Numbered from the whole stretch's first letter, positions 33,533 to 44,805 are shown. The stretch: DNA of 63,882 bases, filler included, from Stramenopiles sp. TOSAG23-3 (GCA_900128585.1; 12 parts of 12 records of this genome joined end to end with filler, not necessarily neighbours in it), one strand, 5' to 3'. The notes: generated by a model not told the origin, from the sequence alone. Made by a program: numbers and translations.

Positions 33533-35812
33533 TTACGAGCACCAAAACGAGTAAAAGTCGTTGAAGGCAAATGTATTCCCACGAGGCCCGCACAACGCCA
33601 ACTTCATCTCATCTAACTCTTTACTCTCCATATCGGACCCCAGGGCAGTGCAGAGCGCGGCAAGCTTCTCGGCGGGCAAGCTTCCTAATCCTCTCTCGTC
33701 AAAACGCTTCCAAATGTTGATCATGTCTTGCCTGGCGTCATCCTCCGTGCGGCTGCTTTGGGCCGCGACGGTGCCCACAACGCCAGCCTCGTCGTCGGTA
33801 ACGGGCACCGGGTTCAGTTGTTCCTCGCACGGGGCCGGCTCTTGCATCCTCGACCAGTGGTTCAGAAGGTGGCGAGTGGACAAAACTAAAAGGACTTTGG
33901 CGTGGCCTTCCGCCCTTGCCAGCTGGAAGACGGTCGCGCCAGTGTTATCCTTCGCCATTGCATCTCCACCGTTCGATAGCAACATTTCTACAATGGTGTC
34001 AAACCCACCGACACAGGCCCAGTGGAGCGCGGTTCGCCCTTGGGCGTCTGCCAGGTTGGGGGACACGCCGTTCACTAGCAAGAGGTCTACCATGTCAGCG
34101 TCCCCGTTCGCAGCAGCGCGGTGCAAAAGGGACATGCCATCGTTGCGATTGATGTTAAAAAGACTGCGCCCTTCCACCTGGATCGCTTCCTCTACCCGCG
34201 CTACGTCTCCTTCTTCGACCGCGGTCCACAGGACGGGGTCGGGGGAGATGCAGTTCAGCACGTTTTGCACGCTGCAGAGCGCGCTTTCCATCCACCCTGG
34301 GGTCGTCGAGTACGCCGAACCGCACAAAAATACTCCCTCCGACATATCATCGCCACACTGAATCTTCAGCAGCGCTTTGCTCCCGTTTACGCCGCGCTCC
34401 CACACATGAGACCCCCCGTCCCAATACTTCCAGACCAAGCTGTCCGCGTTTGCCGCGGAAATGGCAGGAATCTTGCCAACGTCATCGCGCTCGAACCCAT
34501 GGACTTCTCGAAGCTCCTGGCACAGCCCCAGGATCGCTCCCTCTGCATTCTGCTCGAACTGCTCTTTCATGTCGACGGCGTTCTGGCCCGTGCAATGCAC
34601 TGCAAGCACCCCACTGTCAAAGTAGCTGACGCGCTGGATTTTGCGGTCTGTTGTGCAGTGGTTGGCGCGCAGTCCCAGGACCGTCCACCAGGGCATTTTC
34701 CACTTCATGAAAGCCTTAAAGTGTGGCACCGGCCGAAGGCCGCTGATGGTCTCGCTCGGTTGCCAGGCGCGAACGTTCAGGCTGGTATTCCCGGACAGGA
34801 CGTCCGCCCCCTTCTTGCCAATTTCAATCGCTTGGGTAGGGCTAACACACAAAACTACAGTGTCGGCAATGACGGTCTTTCCTACGTTCCCATTTTCCGA
34901 CCACAGGCGCATGTGCTTGGAGCCGCTGCTTTTGTCTATGGCTATCCCTTCCAGTTTCCACCCAAGATTCAGCTCCGTGCCAGACTTTGCGAGCACGTTT
35001 ACGATCAGGTTTTGGATTCCACCATCAACCGTAAACCTCGAGTAGTTCGGCGCAGTCAGAAGCGGAAGCGCATGCAAGAACGAGGCTACTGCCAGGTTTC
35101 TCAACGATTCCAGGTCTTCCCCAAAGTATGCAAGCACCCTCTCGACGGTGTCGCTGCTGTTGTTGGCGAAGCTGTCCAGGACGTCGGCTATGGTGGTGGT
35201 CAGCAGGCGCTTCGAGGAGAACGGGTCGTCTACTTTGTCCTCTGGGTATTCTCGAAAGAAACGGTCCAGGGCCTCCTTTATGAACTCTACGGGGCGCAGC
35301 TGTTCTTTTTGGTTCTTCTGCTCCACCGCCGACGCTGGCCCAGACGCGCTGAAGGCGGTGGTCTTGCTCCGGAACTCGGCAAAGTTCGCGTCCGCGGAGG
35401 TGTCGATCAACGGCATGGCTTCCACCTGGACTTCATCTAACAATCGGGCGATCAGTGGTTGCTCGCCGGGAATGATGACACTTTGCGTGTGCTTTGCTGC
35501 ACTCAACCATCCCATGTCTTTGCAGTTGTTTGGGGCAGAGTACTGGTTGCCGCCTACAATCCCCGTCGCCTCGTAGACGTTGATGGTCTTGTCCGGGTAC
35601 TGGGCCTTCAGCTTGTGCGCCGCATAGACGCCTGCAAGCCCCCCACCAATAATGCCAATGTCGACCTGATCCACTTTCGGCGCTTCGGGGGCCGCCTCAT
35701 CACCTACTGCCTCCTTTTCTTCCACCAAACTCGCCGCAGGTTCATCTACCACCGATTCCTCAAAAGCCAACGCCTCGTCGTCGAACTTTTCTTCTTCTTT
35801 TCCGTCCGCCAT
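33533..35812 (-). CDS. Flavin amine oxidase-like domain fused to ankyrin repeats and an EF-hand-like C-terminus
   Basis: GIIGGGLAG..VYEA; CGSAYSTTPGWMESAL; LLHRAAANG and GRTALHWAC; FDERGLGSL..FAFNDFYSFW. Confidence 0.85.
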   Translation of the reverse strand: MADGKEEEKFDDEALAFEESVVDEPAASLVEEKEAVGDEAAPEAPKVDQVDIGIIGGGLAGVYAAHKLKAQYPDKTINVYEATGIVGGNQYSAPNNCKDMGWLSAAKHTQSVIIPGEQPLIARLLDEVQVEAMPLIDTSADANFAEFRSKTTAFSASGPASAVEQKNQKEQLRPVEFIKEALDRFFREYPEDKVDDPFSSKRLLTTTIADVLDSFANNSSDTVERVLAYFGEDLESLRNLAVASFLHALPLLTAPNYSRFTVDGGIQNLIVNVLAKSGTELNLGWKLEGIAIDKSSGSKHMRLWSENGNVGKTVIADTVVLCVSPTQAIEIGKKGADVLSGNTSLNVRAWQPSETISGLRPVPHFKAFMKWKMPWWTVLGLRANHCTTDRKIQRVSYFDSGVLAVHCTGQNAVDMKEQFEQNAEGAILGLCQELREVHGFERDDVGKIPAISAANADSLVWKYWDGGSHVWERGVNGSKALLKIQCGDDMSEGVFLCGSAYSTTPGWMESALCSVQNVLNCISPDPVLWTAVEEGDVARVEEAIQVEGRSLFNINRNDGMSLLHRAAANGDADMVDLLLVNGVSPNLADAQGRTALHWACVGGFDTIVEMLLSNGGDAMAKDNTGATVFQLARAEGHAKVLLVLSTRHLLNHWSRMQEPAPCEEQLNPVPVTDDEAGVVGTVAAQSSRTEDDARQDMINIWKRFDERGLGSLPAEKLAALCTALGSDMESKELDEMKLALCGPRGNTFAFNDFYSFWCS

Positions 35813-36733
35813 ATTGTTTTATCACGCGTTGTCGGGGGCCTCGATAGACTGGGAGAGGAAACCACTCACTATTCGTTTCAATTTTCTTGAACTGCTTTTG
35901 CAAGTACTTTTTGAACAAACAGGACGTCAAAGAACAACGAACCGTCAAACAAACAAAGGATTCAGTACCAAATAAATGTTCGCCTCTCTCTCACACACAC
36001 ACACTTAGAAAAAGGAAAACAGAAAAAGTAAACTAATAATAATTCTCACCACCCACACCGCCCGCATTGCATGCACCACCAACAACGAACCCCCCACCCA
36101 ACCCCCATCCCATTTCCCTACTATGATCATATTATATTAAATCAATCTGTTGTATTTTTTATTTAATTATTTATTAATTTTTACCGTTATCAGTTTACAC
36201 AGAAGAGGAGGAGAGCAAAAGAAGAAGAAAAATAAGTATAATTATATTTATACTTAAATTAATATATTTAAATAGGACAATAAATTCATTCACAGAGAAA
36301 TTAAAGCACATTTACCAAGTTGGTTTTACCTTGGTACTTCGAGTGTTCGAGTGTAACGTCTTCTTCTTTCTTCTTTTCGAGCGATGATGAGGAGCGATGA
36401 GCCATGAATGATAGACTATGAAGAAAAAAGAAAAAAGAAAAAAGAAGAAGAAGAAGAAGAAGAAGAAGAAGAAGGAGGATGATCGATCATCATTCTTCAA
36501 AAAAAAAAAAAATTATTATTATTATTTTATAATTTTTTAATAATCAAATAATCACTGAACTTAGAGTAGTAATTAGGAACGATTTGAAAATAAAGAAATG
36601 AATTCCTTCATGATTATGTGAATGGTCTATGATCGATTGAATGTGCGTGTGTTTGTATATACATATATATGCAAAAGAAAGGTAGGATTTCATTTTTGTT
36701 TCTGTGAGTTTTCTGTAGTAGTGAAATTACGTT

Positions 36734-37468
36734 ATGGCGACGTACTCTTCTTCCCGGAGGACGACCTCGTCGCGTTCTGGGGCGAAACGGGCGGGGGCAG
36801 CCACGGGGGGTGGGTTTTATGCGAGCTATAGGCGGCCGAACGGAGAGAAGAAGAGGCAGCCCACTCCAACGGTTCCCAAACCAGTAGAAAAACCGCAACC
36901 CGCGCCTGTGCCAGAAGAGGCCCCAAAGCCTGTGATAGCAGAGCCGGTACCTGCTCCAGTCAAAAAGAAAGCCCCGAGAATAAAGTCTTTGAGAAAGCCC
37001 AAGCCGCTGAAGCGGGCACCCCGCAAGACACGGCCGAGTCTCTCGGAACAGCTGGCAAACATAGGCGCAGGCGCAGCGAGCGTCACTGCAGACTTGCGAA
37101 AGAAGCACAATTTACACCCTGGCGAAGGAGAACCCTTGTTCACCTCGCCGTCTTTGAAGTTTATCGTCGGGCGCTTGGAGAGTAAGCTGCCGTCGCCGGT
37201 TAATTTTTTCCACGACCACTGTGGGTACATTTTTAACCACCCGTACCAAAGCAAGCAGGTAAAGATGAAGATGTATTATTCAGACATGCAAAAGGCCCAT
37301 GTTCGGGAGTCCATGGGAAACTATGTTTTTGAATTCAAAATTGGGCATGCAATGAAGCAGTATGGGATCGACTACGACCCGGGACAGCACGATCACATGG
37401 TGAAAATAGTTCTGGCGAGCCAGCGGGATGCAAAGATGATCAAGGAAAAGATCTTGAAGCGCAGGTAA
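36734..37468 (+). CDS. Hypothetical protein with a Pro/Lys-rich N-terminus and globular C-terminal domain
   Basis: 244-aa ATG ORF bounded by AT-rich DNA. Confidence 0.75.
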   Translation: MATYSSSRRTTSSRSGAKRAGAATGGGFYASYRRPNGEKKRQPTPTVPKPVEKPQPAPVPEEAPKPVIAEPVPAPVKKKAPRIKSLRKPKPLKRAPRKTRPSLSEQLANIGAGAASVTADLRKKHNLHPGEGEPLFTSPSLKFIVGRLESKLPSPVNFFHDHCGYIFNHPYQSKQVKMKMYYSDMQKAHVRESMGNYVFEFKIGHAMKQYGIDYDPGQHDHMVKIVLASQRDAKMIKEKILKRR

Positions 37469-37553
37469 ACCGCGCGTTTTGTAACTTAAAATATAAAAAT
37501 AATTCTCAAAGAAAAACAGCAGCGGGTTTTCGTAGATTTACGTATGTGCGTAT

Positions 37554-40169
37554 CTAAACGCCACAAATGCCGTGGCGAGTAGCTTTTACGTAAGAATTAC
37601 AATTTCTTATCGCTTCTTGCCCCCCCCCCCCGCCGCGCCTGGCCATCTTCATTGCAGATTTGTATTTCCTTTTGAACGACAAGGTCAAATCGTGGCGTGC
37701 GGCTTTCCATTCTTCCGTAATCTCCTCCAGGGTTTTGCTCCGCATGAACGGGTGCAAAAATGCCTCTGCAGGATCGGTTGCATCTTCTTCGGGGATTGCT
37801 GTAGAGGGTTCTTTCAATGCGAAGCTGGGAGCTGCAGCAGCATCGGTGCCTGCCGTCGGTAGACTGAATAAGCTGGAAAGTGAAAACGTGCTTGCCGCGG
37901 CCGTAGAAATATTCGTGTCTTCCTTAGTCGCTGCTTCGTTGAACATGCTCGTCCAGTAATTAGTTTTGGACTTCCAAAAGAAACGGTCTTCGTCGTTCTT
38001 CGCTTCTTCCTTCTGGTTTTCTTCGCCGTTTGCAGTCTCGTCTTCAGAGGGAGCCCCTGCGCCTTTGTTCTTCTCCGTTTCCGGGTCTTCCTGCTCCGAT
38101 TTGCTCGTGCCGTCGGATGTGCCCAGTTCACCGACTTTTTCTTTTGGTTCCAACTCAAATTCGGCCGCATTGTCCAGCAATGGGTTGTACCGTTTGTTAA
38201 ATTCTAGTCCATTCCCTTGACGACCAAGGGGCAAGTGGCGCGTAAGCGTTTGGTGCATCCCACTGCCGTTCCCTTTGTCCAATCTTAAACCATCTTCATG
38301 GGCTGGGCCCGGTTCGTCGCCCATCATTGAGTCAAACAGCGCCAAAGCCGATTGCCGTTCGTTTCTCAACTGTTCAGCATTCGCTTCCACAGCTTTCTGT
38401 GCTGCGCTGTCTTCCGCATTTTCGGCCTTGCCAGAGTACATGTAGCCAGGATATTTCTGGTCCGCCGAAGGCGCCGGGGCTGGATTCTTTCTGATATCGG
38501 GTTCCTGCGGCTTCAGCATCCCATCGGCATCGGCGTCGTCGTCTTCTATGCAGCATGGCCGTGGGTTGAAAAGGTTGCGATGGTTGAAAACTTCAACTTT
38601 TCGTTGCTTCTTGTTGAGATCAGTGCTGAGGTCTGTAGAGCTCTCCTCAACGGATCGTTTTCGTTTTGTAGATTCCACATGCACGTTCCGCGTATCATCT
38701 TCTGCGTCGCTGCTGCTGCCGCTATCGATTCCACTGTCGTCACTTTCGCGACTGCTGCTTCCACTGCTGCTTCCTCTCTGCGCCTTTTCGTTCGGTTTCG
38801 ATGGGCGCGGTAGTCCACTCTCAGATGCACCATTTCCAGAAGGCTCTTGGTCGTTCGGCCCATCGCTGTCCCAGTCTTCCTCGCTATACTCAGCTGGATC
38901 CGCGGTGTCCGGACCCCCACCATGTTCACCCTGGTCGTTACTGCTCGTCGTTTCTTCTGCGATAACGTGATGTGCTGCGCCCATTTCTTGCGACGCCGCA
39001 GGCTGACCAAAGAGGGCCCGGTGGTTGAAGCTGTTGGAACGGGGCCTCTCATTTTCAGGTTCTCTTTCGGCTACAATTGTCGCGGCGGTCCTACTTTCTG
39101 TTCGTATGGGCTGGTCGCGACCGCCCTTCTTCTCATCCCCTTCGTCCTCACTGCCCTCGCTGCTACTGCCATCGGTCTCACCATTGGAAATTGAAGAACT
39201 GTCAATTTTGCCGTCTCCGTCTTCTTCCGAATCCCACTCTTCTTCGCTGTACATATCAGCAGCAGCCTTTTCTGTGCTGGCAGGAGTTTCCAGAGCTATG
39301 CTGGTGCGACGCTTTTCTGCAAACGAGGGTACAGCGTGAGAAACTGGCGTCATCGCTACTGCCTCTTCGTCACTGTACATATCTTCTCCCGATTGCTCGG
39401 AGCTCTCAGACGACCCCGAGCTGCTTCGTTCCTCCCTAGTATTGGCACCATCAGAACCCTCGTCGCGCCCGGGTGCCTCCATCTCCGTGTCTTTCTGCTC
39501 CAACGAGGCGTCGCCCTCGCGCCCCTCAGCTGTTGTCGGCAAGTCAATCATTTCTTCTTCCTCCGACGCAGACCATGTACAGACAGGAGGCACGTCGTCC
39601 GAATCGTCCGAATTGTACACGTACTTCCTACAATACGATCGTTTTCCAGGTTTTCCTGGAAATCTGGATGGCCGTGTGTCCCACGAGGCAGGCCCGTCCC
39701 CCTTCACTAGTATGCGACGTTCCCCGGACCGGCGCTTAATTCGTAGGGCGTCGTCCCCCTCGAACAGTGGGGTAGTGTTGGCCACCATCTCTGCCCTTCT
39801 ATGCGCTTCAGATTGTTTTCTCTCTGTATCATGCAACTCCCTTTCACGCCTTATCTTTTCGGAAAAATGCTCTCTCCCCTCTTCAACAAAAATTTTAGAG
39901 CCCTGCCACATGGTATAGTTAAACGTGCGAGTGCACCTGTCCAGCACTTCCTTTTGTATTTGGTACTGGTCCCCGTGACCGCTTACGCTATTTACGGCGA
40001 ACGTCACGTGCCCGAAATTTATCCCGTTCTTTGATGTGACCGAGGCTCTCTTCACGACATATCCAAGTTTTCCAAACCGACCCTCCAGTTGTTTGTTCGT
40101 CACACCTACAGGCAAATTTCTAACAAAAACAGTCACCCCAGTCTCCGTCGAACCGTTCTCTTCGGCCAT
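37554..40169 (-). CDS. NOL8: Nucleolar protein 8-like RRM protein
   Basis: N-terminal RRM ending FNYTMWQGSKIFVEEGREHFSEKIRRERE; acidic middle; C-terminal EWKAARHDLTLSFKRKYKSA. Confidence 0.75.
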   Translation of the reverse strand: MAEENGSTETGVTVFVRNLPVGVTNKQLEGRFGKLGYVVKRASVTSKNGINFGHVTFAVNSVSGHGDQYQIQKEVLDRCTRTFNYTMWQGSKIFVEEGREHFSEKIRRERELHDTERKQSEAHRRAEMVANTTPLFEGDDALRIKRRSGERRILVKGDGPASWDTRPSRFPGKPGKRSYCRKYVYNSDDSDDVPPVCTWSASEEEEMIDLPTTAEGREGDASLEQKDTEMEAPGRDEGSDGANTREERSSSGSSESSEQSGEDMYSDEEAVAMTPVSHAVPSFAEKRRTSIALETPASTEKAAADMYSEEEWDSEEDGDGKIDSSSISNGETDGSSSEGSEDEGDEKKGGRDQPIRTESRTAATIVAEREPENERPRSNSFNHRALFGQPAASQEMGAAHHVIAEETTSSNDQGEHGGGPDTADPAEYSEEDWDSDGPNDQEPSGNGASESGLPRPSKPNEKAQRGSSSGSSSRESDDSGIDSGSSSDAEDDTRNVHVESTKRKRSVEESSTDLSTDLNKKQRKVEVFNHRNLFNPRPCCIEDDDADADGMLKPQEPDIRKNPAPAPSADQKYPGYMYSGKAENAEDSAAQKAVEANAEQLRNERQSALALFDSMMGDEPGPAHEDGLRLDKGNGSGMHQTLTRHLPLGRQGNGLEFNKRYNPLLDNAAEFELEPKEKVGELGTSDGTSKSEQEDPETEKNKGAGAPSEDETANGEENQKEEAKNDEDRFFWKSKTNYWTSMFNEAATKEDTNISTAAASTFSLSSLFSLPTAGTDAAAAPSFALKEPSTAIPEEDATDPAEAFLHPFMRSKTLEEITEEWKAARHDLTLSFKRKYKSAMKMARRGGGGGQEAIRNCNSYVKATRHGICGV

Positions 40170-40377
40170 GCTTCAGAAAACTATTGGAAAAGATATATAA
40201 CAGAAAACAAACACAAACAAATAAAAGAAACAAACAGAAAGAATGAAATGAAAGGGTACGGGTGAATTCAATGCCCAATTAAATACATGTATTTATCTAA
40301 AATGTAATTGCTTACTTTTTCTCTTCGTTTCATTTAATCGATTATATATATATTATTATATAGACATTAAAAAATAT

Positions 40378-40572
40378 AAGAAGGAAGAAGGAAGAAGGAA
40401 GAAGAAGAAGAAGAAGAAGAAGAAGAAGAAGAAGAAGAAGAAGAAGAAGAAGAAGAAGAAAGAATTAAAAATGAAGAAGAAGAAGAAGAAGAAGAAGAAG
40501 GAAGAAGAAGAAAGAAGAAAGAAGAAGAAGAAGAAGAAGAAAGAAGAAGAAGAAGAAAAAAAAGAAGAAGAA
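40378..40572. repeat. (GAA)n microsatellite
   Basis: Visible in sequence, upstream of NOL8. Confidence 0.95.
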
Positions 40573-41169
40573 AAAGTGTATAGTATTTTACGTTAAATAC
40601 CAAGGGTATTATAATTGGAATAATATCGATAATAATAATAAATCCCTTTTGTCTTTCGTCGTCGTACTTCTTTGTGGCCACAAACGATGCTTCTTTTCTT
40701 TCTTCTTCTTCTTCTTTTTTTTCGCTAACCACAGTGCTATTATACTGTACCGGTATTGATACAAGATGACACGGTAGAGCAGAGGAGAAGAAGGAGGTAT
40801 AAATACGAGGATACCTGGTCTTTTAGTGCCATTTAGAGTACCAAGGTACGGGTTCGTAGGTAGTAGGAGTAGTCTCTCTCTTCCAAAGAAGAAGAAGAAG
40901 AGTATTTATACATTTTGATTGATGGTGGTGTTCGCGCCAACTGACTCCTCTGTTTTGTATTTGTTACTGTGCTTGCCTCTTCTTTCTTTCTTTCTGCTGC
41001 ACCTGTTTATTTTGTGTATGCGTGTGTAATTTTAATAAATATTTTAANNNNNNNNNNNNNNNNNNNNNNNNNNNNNNNNNNNNNNNNNNNNTTAATTAAT
41101 TAANNNNNNNNNNNNNNNNNNNNNNNNNNNNNNNNNNNNNNNNNNNNCGAGCCCAAAACATTTATGCCG

Positions 41170-41266
41170 TTGTTTACTTGCCAATTGGAATCTTGACCAG
41201 AACTTGGGGAGGATCTGCATTAGGAGGAGATATTGTTCTTGGACAGACACCTTCTTTTTTCTTTTT
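41170..41266. repeat. Second 3'-flank repeat module, also present at 54818-55030
   Basis: GTTTACTTGCCA.TTGGAATCTTGACCAGAACTTGGGG..GACACCTTCTTTTTT shared between two scaffolds. Confidence 0.9.
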
Positions 41267-41433
41267 ATACGACATATATTTTTTTAAATACATACATATA
41301 AATAACCGCTATGAAAGTAATTTCTTTTTTATTTAACGATTGATAGCGCAGTTCTAATAAGTAATAATGACGACTATCAGCGATAATATAGCTCATCGTC
41401 TTAAATAATACGTGGCTGTACACGAATTCTATC

Positions 41434-42969
41434 TTAATTTTTTCCCTGGCATTCGATATGGTACTCGTCAAGTTGCTCGTCCGAAACGGGCCCAGGGGCA
41501 GCCATCATTATGTCCACCCCAGATGTAGATTTCGGAAATGCAATTACATCTCGAATGCTAGGAGATTTACACAGTTGCGACACTAGCCTGTCCATCCCTA
41601 GAGCTATACCTCCGTGTGGGGGGCATCCGTGCCCGAGCGCGTTCAATAAATGGCTGAAGGATTTCAACTTTTCCCCCGACAGCTCCAAGAGGTCTTCCAT
41701 AACGGCCTGTTGGAGGGCTTTATCGTGTATCCGAATCGACCCTCCGCCAATCTCGTTGCCGCCAGAAACAAGGTCGTAATGCAAAGCACGTACTTTTAGC
41801 GCTAGGTCATGATCTTTCGTTTTAATTGCTTCCCACAACATAGGCACATCATCAGGGTGCGGCGCGGTGAACGGGTGATGGGTCGACATTAGTTTTTCGG
41901 AATCTTCGTCGTACTCAAACAAGGGAAAGTCCGTTACCCATACATAACCTGGAAGATCCGGCTTGTCCGTCCCCGCCTCCGCAAAAGAGAGCCGAGGGAA
42001 ACGGCCTTGGCCCCTTTCATTGGAATTGCTGTCCGGGAGAAACGTTCCAATGTCTTCGCCCAGCACGTTGCACGCAGCCGATACCATTTCGACCACCACT
42101 CCCTCGACGACTTGCATGACATCTTCGGCAGATACAAACGCCATTTCGATATCCAGTTGAGTAAACTCTGGCTGGCGATCAGCGCGGCCACTCTCATCGC
42201 GAAAGCAACGTGCAATTTGGTAATACTTGTCGATGCCCCCCGCCATTAGGAGCTGCTTGTACTGTTGCGGGGACTGTGGCAGTGCCCAGAACTGACCGGG
42301 TGATCTACACGGCACGATAAATTCCCTTGCACCCTCCGGTGTACTTTTGAACAAGCAAGGGGTCTCAACATCGATAAAGTCGCACCGCTCCAATTCACGC
42401 CGTGCCGCCGAGGTTATTGCAGATCTTGCCCGTAGATTAATTTGCATTTCTGGCCGGCGTAAGTCTAAGTGGCGGTACTTGAGACGAAGAGTCTCGTTCT
42501 CGGTTGCAGTGTGGGGGTTGAACAGTTGTTTTTGGACAAACGGGACTTCTGACCAGTCTGAACCATTCAAAACTTTTACACCTTTCGCAGAAATCTCAAT
42601 GGCCCCACTGCGAGAGCTCTCGTTCTTAGCCTTCTCTGGGCGGGAAACGACCGTGCCGCTGACTTGAACAATGCTTTCCAAAGGAATGTCCAAAGACTTC
42701 GAGTCCACCGCAACCACTTGCATCGTTCCATACATGTCTCGAATAGTCAAAAACGACAGCGTCTTCGACGCTGCTCTATACGCCTGCAGCCACCCCACAA
42801 TAGTAACATTATGCCCCATATTGTCATTTGACAGCTCGCCGCAATTGTGCGTCCTAAAAAGAGTTCGAGAATCTTTGCGAGTGGAAAACGCACGAGCTAC
42901 CTTGGTTAGACTGAAGCCGCGCGTTCCGCTCGTCTTCCGCAGCAAACGTCGAACGTTCGTTGCAAACAT
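41434..42969 (-). CDS. DARS2: Mitochondrial (bacterial-type) aspartyl-tRNA synthetase lacking the GAD insertion
   Basis: RTHNCGEL, STPEGAREF, ALPQSPQQYKQLLM, CFRDESGRADRQPEFTQLD, HHPFTAP, EIGGGSIRIH, PPHGGIALGMDRL, IRDVIAFPK. Confidence 0.93.
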   Translation of the reverse strand: MFATNVRRLLRKTSGTRGFSLTKVARAFSTRKDSRTLFRTHNCGELSNDNMGHNVTIVGWLQAYRAASKTLSFLTIRDMYGTMQVVAVDSKSLDIPLESIVQVSGTVVSRPEKAKNESSRSGAIEISAKGVKVLNGSDWSEVPFVQKQLFNPHTATENETLRLKYRHLDLRRPEMQINLRARSAITSAARRELERCDFIDVETPCLFKSTPEGAREFIVPCRSPGQFWALPQSPQQYKQLLMAGGIDKYYQIARCFRDESGRADRQPEFTQLDIEMAFVSAEDVMQVVEGVVVEMVSAACNVLGEDIGTFLPDSNSNERGQGRFPRLSFAEAGTDKPDLPGYVWVTDFPLFEYDEDSEKLMSTHHPFTAPHPDDVPMLWEAIKTKDHDLALKVRALHYDLVSGGNEIGGGSIRIHDKALQQAVMEDLLELSGEKLKSFSHLLNALGHGCPPHGGIALGMDRLVSQLCKSPSIRDVIAFPKSTSGVDIMMAAPGPVSDEQLDEYHIECQGKN

Positions 42970-43779
42970 GTCTTCACGGATGGAAATTTTCGACGTTCCA
43001 GCGGGTGAATCGGAAACTTCAACAATAACAAAATCGGGTTCAGAAAGAAAATCATGCAGAAATAAGAATAATAGACATTTATTTTCTACCTTTGGTGGGG
43101 GAATGAATATTATATAGAAAAAATCATCACCACCAAAAAAAAGAAAGAAAAAAAAAGATAATATTATAGAAGAAAAGAAGAAGAAGAAAAGAAGTATAAT
43201 ATTATACTAATAAGAAGAAGTAGAACGGTACCACAGGTATTATCGGGTACCGGTACCTGGTACCGGTAGAAGAAGAAGACGACCGACCAACCGACCGAGT
43301 CTTCTTCTTCCTTCTTCTTCTTCTTTTCTCTTCTTTTCTCTTCTTTTTCTTTATTATTATTATTATATTTTAATACAGTACCACCACCACCACCACCAAA
43401 AGAGAAGNNNNNNNNNNNNNNNNNNNNNNNNNNNNNAATAACTACTAATAACTACTAGCAAAGACAAAGAAGAATGAAAAATTTGGTGTAGACGACTTTT
43501 TTTTTTTTTTAATTATTTATTATTTTTTGGTTGTAAATTTTTGAACATATAGACACACCATACCCAGATCATCCGTCCGCCGCCGCGTCCTCCTCCGTCC
43601 GTCCTCCACAATAATAATTGGTATTTTATGTACGAGATGATCTTTTAAAAAAAAAGGTATGATAGTTTCAGAATTGTAAGTCGAAGTTAACAGGCGAAAC
43701 ATCGAGGATTCAAAATTTAAAGTCAGCAGCCGACGTGTTTAAACCACTTCGTTGTAGTATACATACAAACATATCTTCG

Positions 43780-44805
43780 ATGGCGACAGTTTTGAGCCAC
43801 CGCCAGAAAGATGAAAGGGTGGTGAGCACCGGGAACGAACACGAGAAGGTGTATACGATGAAGGAACGGGCTGTCGCGGCACTACTTTATGGAGGCTGCT
43901 CGCTCGTTCTGGTTTTGTCGAACAAAATTTGCCTAACTTCCTTCAGTTTCCCTGATGCAATCGTATTGGCGCTTTCGCAATGCGTTACAACTATCAGTGT
44001 CCTTCTTACTGGATTTTTTTTTGGTAAGCTTGAACTGGAGTTCTCGGGAAGTATGTTCAAAACTTTATCAACCCTATGCTTTGTGAACGCTTTGAACATA
44101 GGAAGTGGTTTAATTGGAACCAAGTCGGTGAATATTCCCATGTTTGCGGCGCTTAGGCGTTTGTCAATATTCTTGACAATGGTTGCCCAAACAGTCATTT
44201 TGAAGCAAAAGCCTAGTGGAACCGTACAGTTCTCGGTTTTTCTCATGTGCGGAGGTGCCGCGTTGGCTGCAATTTTTGACCTGTCGTTCAACCTTTTCGG
44301 GTATTCGGCAATATTGTTTAGTGCAACTTCGACCGCTTTATCAAACGTAATGACAAAATCTTACTTCCAGAAAACAAAGACAAGCAAGTGGAACATGCTG
44401 CTCTATAACAATCTTGTCGCACTCCCCGTTTTCATCATCGCTGTGTATGCAAGGGGCAGCTGGCAAAAAGTTTACCATTTCCATGAATGGGACAATCCAA
44501 TGTTTGCCTCTGCCTTTTTCACATCTTCAGTCCTGGGGATAATTTTGCAATTTACAATCCTGTACGCAATTCAGGTAAATGGTGCACTAGCTCTTACCGT
44601 CACCGGTCTCCTGAAAAACGTACTGAGCTCGTATTTGGGAATGTTAGGGATTGGAGGCGATTACACTTTTACGTGGTTAAACTTTTTGGGGATTAATATG
44701 AGCATGGTGGGGGGGATGCTGTATTCGAGAGCGAAGTACCACGATGTGAAAACGAAGCCGGTTGTTGAACCAGTATCCCAAACTCCTGATGTAAAACAGG
44801 TATGA
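43780..44805 (+). CDS. SLC35D-family nucleotide-sugar transporter
   Basis: About 10 TM segments; LSNK, NIPMFAALRR, DLSFNLFGY, LLYNN, VTGLLKN. Confidence 0.88.
   Translation: MATVLSHRQKDERVVSTGNEHEKVYTMKERAVAALLYGGCSLVLVLSNKICLTSFSFPDAIVLALSQCVTTISVLLTGFFFGKLELEFSGSMFKTLSTLCFVNALNIGSGLIGTKSVNIPMFAALRRLSIFLTMVAQTVILKQKPSGTVQFSVFLMCGGAALAAIFDLSFNLFGYSAILFSATSTALSNVMTKSYFQKTKTSKWNMLLYNNLVALPVFIIAVYARGSWQKVYHFHEWDNPMFASAFFTSSVLGIILQFTILYAIQVNGALALTVTGLLKNVLSSYLGMLGIGGDYTFTWLNFLGINMSMVGGMLYSRAKYHDVKTKPVVEPVSQTPDVKQV

Noticed and set aside
40367-40732. Poly-Ser/Phe ORFs (also 16200-16421, 36312-36500, 61154-61369)
   Set aside because: Translations of microsatellites.
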